A stretch of DNA of 64,000 nt from Cladosporium halotolerans. Its lineage: Eukaryota. The notes under the pieces are model-generated. The model saw only the letters and a list, made by a program, of their open reading frames with translations. It ran no database searches and had not been told where the DNA came from. Each line of letters opens with the position of its first letter. Positions within the stretch are counted from its first letter, which is position 1. Shown here piece after piece: positions 57,749-64,000 of the stretch. The stretch lies in assembly GCF_011745625.1 (NCBI RefSeq), contig NW_027191502.1, positions 1 through 64,000 on the forward strand, given 5' to 3'. Made by a program: the position numbers and the translations under genes.

Positions 57749-60700
57749 ATGCCTGCGCCTCCACAGGAAAGACCAAAGGGCTTTATACCGCCACCGCCGC
57801 TTCCAGAATTCTGGCAAAAGAGTCCAGAAGGAAACACTCAAGCCATAAGCTCGTCAGCAAGATCTGGGAATTCGAAAGTGAAGAGCACGATCGAGGCACC
57901 TGGAAAGGTCGTCACAGCCGTCAAGGCGACAACAACCGTCAAGGTCAGCACAACTCCCCAAGACGAGGCCAAGCTGCCATCGCTCAAAACACCATCAAGC
58001 GAAGCAACTCGTAAAGGCAAGCTCCAGACAGATGGACGATCGTTCGCGCCGTTGAAGCTTCCACCTTTCGTACCACCTACACCGCCCGGGCCCGAAAAAG
58101 GAGATCAAGCGAACATGACCTATCGATACCATCATCTTCACCACCACAAGCACCAGACTTCACCTCACCACTCGAAACCTAAGAAAGACCCCCTACCAGC
58201 TCCGCGTATCATCGCCATTCCTCCGCCACCTCCCGGCTTTCCAGGCTTTCAGCCAATCCCAAACCCGACAGTACAGCCAGCACTCACGATCATTCACATC
58301 TGCCGCATATGCCTTCGTCCAAGAAGTGAGAGATACCACATCGAACACCCAATTCCAGCCAATGGAGTGCCTCCGCCGCCAGGCATCTGCAAACGTTGTC
58401 GCATTACGAGCGTTGAAGTGAAGAGCGAATCGACAAAAATCGTTCGTATGGAGGAAAGCGACAAGGTTCGGCTTGGAATCTCAGCTTTTGTCCCTCATGA
58501 CAGGCTGGTCACGCGCGAGGAAGCAATTCATGGTGCCAGGAAGCAGAACGATAAGGGCTACGCTGAGATTTACGTTCGTCAAGACTCATCCGAGGACGAG
58601 GACGAAGGTGGACCGGAACGCGGGCGCTTTATCTACCGGCAAGTCAAGCGTACCACCAAGTCTGCTCCCTGGTCTCCGACGCGTCGCGCAGAGGTCTCCG
58701 TGGAGAATCTGGCCGCAATGAACTTGATGAACGATCGGATGTCGCCACATTTCGAGACTAGAGAAACAACGTTGAAGGCAAATGCGTCAAGTAATCCGGA
58801 GGCATTGCTAGCGAGTGGCGCTGCTCGATACACCACCCAATATGTACAAGCCCACCAGATGAGGCAGGGAGGCACTCGAGAGCCTTCTACGACCGCGACG
58901 AGTTCTCGATCAAGCAAGCCAGTTACCGCCCCGAAATCGAGGCGTGGAACCGTACCACCAAACAGCTCAAAGGCCTCTGTTTCTGTTCATACGGCGGTGG
59001 CTAGCAACCATTCGAAAGTAACCGCGACCGCTCAGGCGAACACTCCCACCACGTACGGATACACTGAATCTGAGATCCGCAACTTTGCCCGGGATGAAGT
59101 TGAGCGATACAGACAAGCGGAGCGCAGAATGGATGCCCACCCCAACGCTTTCGCTCATGGACGTCTTATACCTATAGCTCGAACTGTGCCTGTGCAGCGT
59201 AGAATCGAGGTGGTCAGAGAGGAACCCGAGCCGAAGCCGTGGGAGACGCAAGCACCGCCGCCTCCGTCCAATCTCCAGTCTGAATCGGTCTTCGCCACGA
59301 CTCGTTCGAAGGGAGGCTCAACAATCACCAAAGAGCGTTCGAGCTATTACGAGCGAACCCCTAGTCAGGATTCGAGAGACTGGTATCATGTGACTGAAGT
59401 TGCGGCATCGACCGACAGGTCAGCATCGAGCAGAATAACTGTGCCTGAGACCGGCGAGCGATCTGCAAGAGACTCAAGGATTCGCGACAACGACTCAAGC
59501 CGGTTTCGTGACGTTAAGGTTGTTATGAGACGTGACAAAGCGACACAGCCACCGCCACGAGGGTTGCCGGAGAGCGATGCGCCCGCCAGCGTGAAGCTGA
59601 AAGAAGTTGTTGGTATGATCCGCGAAGAAACGCCTTGTGCGATTCAGACCTCTACCAGCCAGCGATATGATCAGCGATCAGACGTCATCGAAGTGATCGA
59701 GGAAATCGACCTACCACCCGGTATGAGACTGACTGCCCCACGCTGTGCCAGCAGATCATTTAAGGACGACGCGAACTCGCAAACATGGCAGTGGAAAAGA
59801 CGAACTGGCCCCGCAGAGATCTCTTCCCACACCGACAAGTCCTGCTGGGAGGGTCGAAGTGGTGGGGCACCTTCCAGCCGGCTTTCGTCTTTACGCCAGG
59901 AAGCTAGTGAGTACAGCAGGGAGCCCTCTTTGACTGCAGAGCAAGGATCCACCTCCTCATGGCTTGCGGAGGGGAAAGATGAGGTGTTCGCCATGCCTTC
60001 CCCTAGGCAATTCATCCCTAGGCTGAGTAGCCATGGACGCTCCGATGACGATTCATGGTATGCCGCTCGAGTCAAAGATGTGAAGACGCATCAACAGGTA
60101 CCCCTGAAGAGTGACAAGGACCAAGGCAAAGACGATGATGAAAAGACGGTCTGGCCCAGGGACGAGACTCCGGTCAGGCCTGCTGCGTCGGATAGGCCTT
60201 CGCTGAGGCAGGACTGGGACTGGGAGTACAGACAGCGCATTGTGCAAGCTGCTGATCGCCCACTCAAAGGAGGACGTGAGGAACATACTTACGGTAGGCA
60301 GTACACCGATGTCGAGCGCCTTGTTCGACATCGGCGTCCGTCTCAATCAAGTGGCCGTAACCAGGAGAGCGAACATGAATCGAAGGCGCGCAACGAGCCC
60401 GTGCCCGCGAGGCAAGCTCCTCCACTGCCACCAAACTACGAAAAAGAGCCACTCCCAGAGCGTGGACGAGAACCACACATGCGCACGTCAGAAGAATCCG
60501 CGCATGTGCGCTTTGCGAGTAAGGTCGACTTCTCGCCCACGCCACCACAATCTGATGATTATCCCCCTGAGCGCATCCTCCATATCAAGCCGCCGAGCCA
60601 GTCATCTTCAAAACCTGCCAAAAAGTCATCATTGAGGACTCAGATCGACGGCGGTGCAAGCGAGCCACCGGAGTCAGCTGAAGATCTCATCGCCGAGTAT

Positions 60701-61261
60701 GAATGGAATCGATCAAGGCGTGGGCTTCGTGGTGCAGACGTGAATGCTGAGTATGTCTCTGCAAGATACGAATCAACCCCGGGGAGAGGAGCAGCACAGA
60801 GCCTACGCTCAGAGCCAAGGAGTTTTCGCAGCGAGGAATCTCGCCGTTCAGGATACGGGACTCGTGAGCAAGACTTTGCGTATGAGACCGCAAAGGAGAC
60901 AGGGCAAGACGAAGAGCGACGCAGCATGCGATCCCTCCGCCGCAGCGGCGACGGTCGCCACTCCTCCCCCGACGGCACCGAAACCGCAACAATGCTCAGC
61001 CGCCAAGGACGGTTCGCTCGCGCTTTGAGCGAGAGTCCTTCTCGCGAGAGAGTGAGGCGTGACTACCTCCGCGCCCAGCAGCAAGACACATTGGAACCGG
61101 AACAGTCACGTGGGAGGCGCTACTCGCGCTCGCCGGAGATCGATGGGAAAGGGCCGTACAGGGAGGAGGCGAGAACGGAGAGCTTGGATGCGCTTTATGG
61201 GAGTGGGCATGGCGGGCCTCAGGAGAGAACGCGTGAGTATGTTGTAAAGGAAAGGTGGTGA
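57749..61261 (+). CDS. Large, mostly disordered hypothetical protein with a CxxC...H...H...CxxC motif
   Basis: Uninterrupted ~1170-codon ORF containing HICRICLRPRSERYHIEHP...GICKRC. Confidence 0.75.
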   Translation: MPAPPQERPKGFIPPPPLPEFWQKSPEGNTQAISSSARSGNSKVKSTIEAPGKVVTAVKATTTVKVSTTPQDEAKLPSLKTPSSEATRKGKLQTDGRSFAPLKLPPFVPPTPPGPEKGDQANMTYRYHHLHHHKHQTSPHHSKPKKDPLPAPRIIAIPPPPPGFPGFQPIPNPTVQPALTIIHICRICLRPRSERYHIEHPIPANGVPPPPGICKRCRITSVEVKSESTKIVRMEESDKVRLGISAFVPHDRLVTREEAIHGARKQNDKGYAEIYVRQDSSEDEDEGGPERGRFIYRQVKRTTKSAPWSPTRRAEVSVENLAAMNLMNDRMSPHFETRETTLKANASSNPEALLASGAARYTTQYVQAHQMRQGGTREPSTTATSSRSSKPVTAPKSRRGTVPPNSSKASVSVHTAVASNHSKVTATAQANTPTTYGYTESEIRNFARDEVERYRQAERRMDAHPNAFAHGRLIPIARTVPVQRRIEVVREEPEPKPWETQAPPPPSNLQSESVFATTRSKGGSTITKERSSYYERTPSQDSRDWYHVTEVAASTDRSASSRITVPETGERSARDSRIRDNDSSRFRDVKVVMRRDKATQPPPRGLPESDAPASVKLKEVVGMIREETPCAIQTSTSQRYDQRSDVIEVIEEIDLPPGMRLTAPRCASRSFKDDANSQTWQWKRRTGPAEISSHTDKSCWEGRSGGAPSSRLSSLRQEASEYSREPSLTAEQGSTSSWLAEGKDEVFAMPSPRQFIPRLSSHGRSDDDSWYAARVKDVKTHQQVPLKSDKDQGKDDDEKTVWPRDETPVRPAASDRPSLRQDWDWEYRQRIVQAADRPLKGGREEHTYGRQYTDVERLVRHRRPSQSSGRNQESEHESKARNEPVPARQAPPLPPNYEKEPLPERGREPHMRTSEESAHVRFASKVDFSPTPPQSDDYPPERILHIKPPSQSSSKPAKKSSLRTQIDGGASEPPESAEDLIAEYEWNRSRRGLRGADVNAEYVSARYESTPGRGAAQSLRSEPRSFRSEESRRSGYGTREQDFAYETAKETGQDEERRSMRSLRRSGDGRHSSPDGTETATMLSRQGRFARALSESPSRERVRRDYLRAQQQDTLEPEQSRGRRYSRSPEIDGKGPYREEARTESLDALYGSGHGGPQERTREYVVKERW

Positions 61262-62021
61262 GTGACTTGAGGGGATTGGACGGTAGGAACAACGGCAGAT
61301 TGAGTAAGGCATGACACATGGCCTAGGATTGTATTTTGCCTAACTCCTAGCTGATGTGCCAGGAACGCTGTCAAATTTCTCTTTACCTTGCGAGTAAATG
61401 TCCATGAACTCGCCTTGCCCTTTTCTTTGAGCTGATGCGAGCTCCGAATAGATGGCAAGCGCTCGAATCACGCAGTGATGCAACTGATGCATAATGACCG
61501 CACAGTTTTGGCGGAAAAGAGATCGCAAAATCACCCCACCAATACTCCCAAGGCCTGACCTATTTTCTCACCATCCCTCCTTCCGAGCCATGGTGCGCGC
61601 TATTTTCCACTAGGCAACCCCCGATTGTTGTCGCGAAGGGAGCTATTTTTGCTTGAGTTTGGGTCGAATCGAGTCTGTGACCAGGCGAAAATATGGCCAC
61701 TGGCTGAATTTGATATGGTGCTCAGGCAGTCCGAATTGGCGGAGGTCGTAAATGTTGCAAGCAATTTGGAATGCCAACCGATCAAGTCTTTTAAACGCAG
61801 TCTGCGATAACCCGCCTGGGATCCTCGCTCATCCTCCTTCGCGCATTGAGGGGCGGCGGCATTTTTTCTCGTAATTGGCGAAAATGTGCTCATTGACTGC
61901 GTTCCTCCTACCCGCTTGCGTGTGTCGTGGTGCCTCCCCCCAGGCAAGAAGAGCCTGGAACATGCCGCATGCAAAAACGACTGGGTATCTCGTGGGTAAA
62001 AATCCGGAAGGCCTCCCTCAT

Positions 62022-62442
62022 CTAGGACTTGAGCATCTTGTTCCTCTTCTCTCTCCTCCTCAGCCTGTCAACGCGCTTCTGGTGCATCTTGGCAGCCATC
62101 TGCTCGTAGCGTTCCCTCTCCTCCTTTGCGGCACGCTTGTCCTTGATGGCCTGGATTTTCCTCTGTGGAAATTGTTAGCAGGTCGTTTCTGAAACGCGCT
62201 GCGCAAATGGAACGAACCTGTCTCTCCTCCTCCTTCTCAGCCTTCATCTCCTTCTCCATCTTCTTCACCTCGGCCTCCTGCTTCTGCTTCTCTGCGCGCT
62301 TCGCATAGCTCGTGAGACCAGTGCCCGGACGGAAAGGCTTCTTGTTCTCGTGCCAGTTCTTGCCGTTCTTCTTCACGCCGGTGACCTGCGGGATCTTGGC
62401 GTGCGGCTGCGCATGGTCGGTGGAAGCGAGTGCAATGGCCAT
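62022..62442 (-). CDS. CGR1: rRNA-processing protein Cgr1/CgrA
   Basis: [18 protein letters not shown]...[25 protein letters not shown]. Intron 62217-62163. Confidence 0.92.
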
Positions 62443-62972
62443 ATCGTCGATTGTGGTCTGATTCCTGCGCAGGGTTATATGGACCGCTAGTGCTGGGGAG
62501 TGAAGAGTCGGCGGTGGAGGCAGGGCTCGCTAAACCAGAAAAAGTTCTGGGCCGGGCAAAATTATCAGATCAAACTCATCCCTCCCTGCGGATCAGATAA
62601 CGTTGAGGAGCCAGGCTCGGGAACAAGCAGGCTAACTTGGAGCCAAAGGATGCCAAATCGCGGCACGGGCGGCCCTCCGCAGCATGGCGTGCGCTATATT
62701 CGTCCTATCGATAACTTTGGTGCAAATTCGCGCAACGCCTGCGCCGATGACTGTGGCACACACCGCAAAGCACGCCGACCGCCGGCCTCCACCTTCACTA
62801 ACCTCGCCCAACCCGACCTTCGAGTGGAGACCTTTGGGCTGCGTCACCTTTCACACGCCTGCCATGGTCCCCCGATAGCATCCTGCACGCCGCTCGCTCG
62901 CATCGTCCGTTCCTTTTCCACGTCAGAGAATCTTTTCTCCCTCCCATGTAACCAGAAACAAAGCGCCCTATT

Positions 62973-64000
62973 ATGGACTCGAAGACCTCGCCCTCCTTCG
63001 CCGAGGCCGGCCTAACACAGGCCCAGATCATGTCGCCCAAGAAAGAGACGAAGGAGCACGTCACCTCGCAGAGCGCCGAGGCCGTGAAAGACGTTGCCTT
63101 TGGCAGCGTGGCGGGCATGCTTGGAAAGATCGTCGAATATCCCTTTGACACTGTCAAGGTCCGCTTGCAGTCGCAGCCGGACCACCTGCCGCTCCGATAC
63201 ACTGGCCCATTGGACTGCTTCCGTCAGAGCATACGAAATGACGGTGTAGGAGGACTGTACAGAGGCGTGAGCGCACCGCTTGTGGGCGCTGCTGCGGAGA
63301 CGGCATGCTTGTTCTTCTCCTACAGGGTCGCTCAGGATGTCATCCGCCTCGTCAGTGTACCGAAGGCCACGTCTAAGACCGAGGACAAGCTACCGCTGAG
63401 CCAACTTGTCATGGCAGGTGCCATGTCAGGTGCAATCACTTCTCTCATTTTGACGCCAATCGAACTAGTCAAGTGCCGCATGCAGGTACCTCTGACATCG
63501 TCTATGGACCCGACGCTGAGGAACAGGACCATGGGACCTTTGGCCGTCATAGGAGATGTATACGGAAGAGAAGGACTAGCAGGGTTCTGGAGGGGACAGC
63601 TTGGAACATTGCTTCGTGAAACGGGAGGCGGAGCAGCATGGTTCGGCTGCTACGAGACTTTTTCGCTGTTCTTCAGACAACGGGCGCAGGCCGCCACAGG
63701 CGAAAAAGATCCCTCCTTGCCAATCTGGCAAAGCATGCTTGCCGGCGCAGGAGCAGGATTGGGCTACAACTTCTCTTTCTATCCGGCAGACACGATCAAG
63801 TCGAAGATGCAGACGGGCGAGCTGGCCTCCCTTGGCCCCAACGGAGGGAGGCAGACTTTCATGGACGTCGGCCGTACTCTCTACCGTACGCACGGCTTGA
63901 AGGGGTTGTACCGTGGCTGTGGCATCACCTTACTGAGGAGCGCGCCGAGCTCTGCCCTGATCTTCACGATCTATGAGAGTCTGAGAGCCTACTTCGGCTG
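62973..64000 (+). CDS. Mitochondrial carrier, ornithine transporter (ORT1/ARG-13-like); stop probably at the window edge
   Basis: Three Px(D/E)xxK motifs (YPFDTVKVRLQ, TPIELVKCRMQ, YPADTIKSKMQ), plus RETGGGAAWFG and RSAPSSA. Ends ...YFG TG. Confidence 0.88.
   Translation, partial: MDSKTSPSFAEAGLTQAQIMSPKKETKEHVTSQSAEAVKDVAFGSVAGMLGKIVEYPFDTVKVRLQSQPDHLPLRYTGPLDCFRQSIRNDGVGGLYRGVSAPLVGAAAETACLFFSYRVAQDVIRLVSVPKATSKTEDKLPLSQLVMAGAMSGAITSLILTPIELVKCRMQVPLTSSMDPTLRNRTMGPLAVIGDVYGREGLAGFWRGQLGTLLRETGGGAAWFGCYETFSLFFRQRAQAATGEKDPSLPIWQSMLAGAGAGLGYNFSFYPADTIKSKMQTGELASLGPNGGRQTFMDVGRTLYRTHGLKGLYRGCGITLLRSAPSSALIFTIYESLRAYFG

Noticed and set aside
61300..62000. Possible ncRNA between convergent genes
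   Set aside because: No recognisable snRNA, 5S, tRNA or snoRNA motifs.

Overview
Gene-dense eukaryotic DNA from a filamentous ascomycete. This is inferred from short GT-AG introns with CTRAC branch points and fungal-type orthologues; a Dothideomycete is likely but not proven. I can support 24 protein-coding genes and one intron-containing elongator tRNA-Met. Recognisable genes are a PTH11-like membrane protein, an amino-acid permease, a GH55 glucanase, an FAD monooxygenase, GLY1, SDH1, AMD1, VPS10, a Nudix hydrolase, an SDR, a Bys1-like protein, LSM2, an ABCG half-transporter, dynein intermediate chain, ATP synthase subunit e, a carboxylesterase, CGR1 and an ornithine carrier. No intact transposon, rRNA or true CRISPR array was seen. 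Four observations stand out. (1) Between AMD1 and VPS10 lies an intronless ~827-aa protein ending in a HicA-toxin-like domain, directly preceded by a degenerate array of ~39-bp motifs at ~82-bp period with hairpin-forming spacers. (2) The AMP deaminase catalytic domain carries a perfect in-frame 96-bp tandem duplication. (3) Recurrent 'C-rich then G-rich' skew-flip domains override synonymous codon usage regardless of gene direction. (4) A GPI-anchored protein has a CFEM-like domain that appears split by an inserted 6-Cys domain. Exon boundaries were read by eye and no database searches were run.
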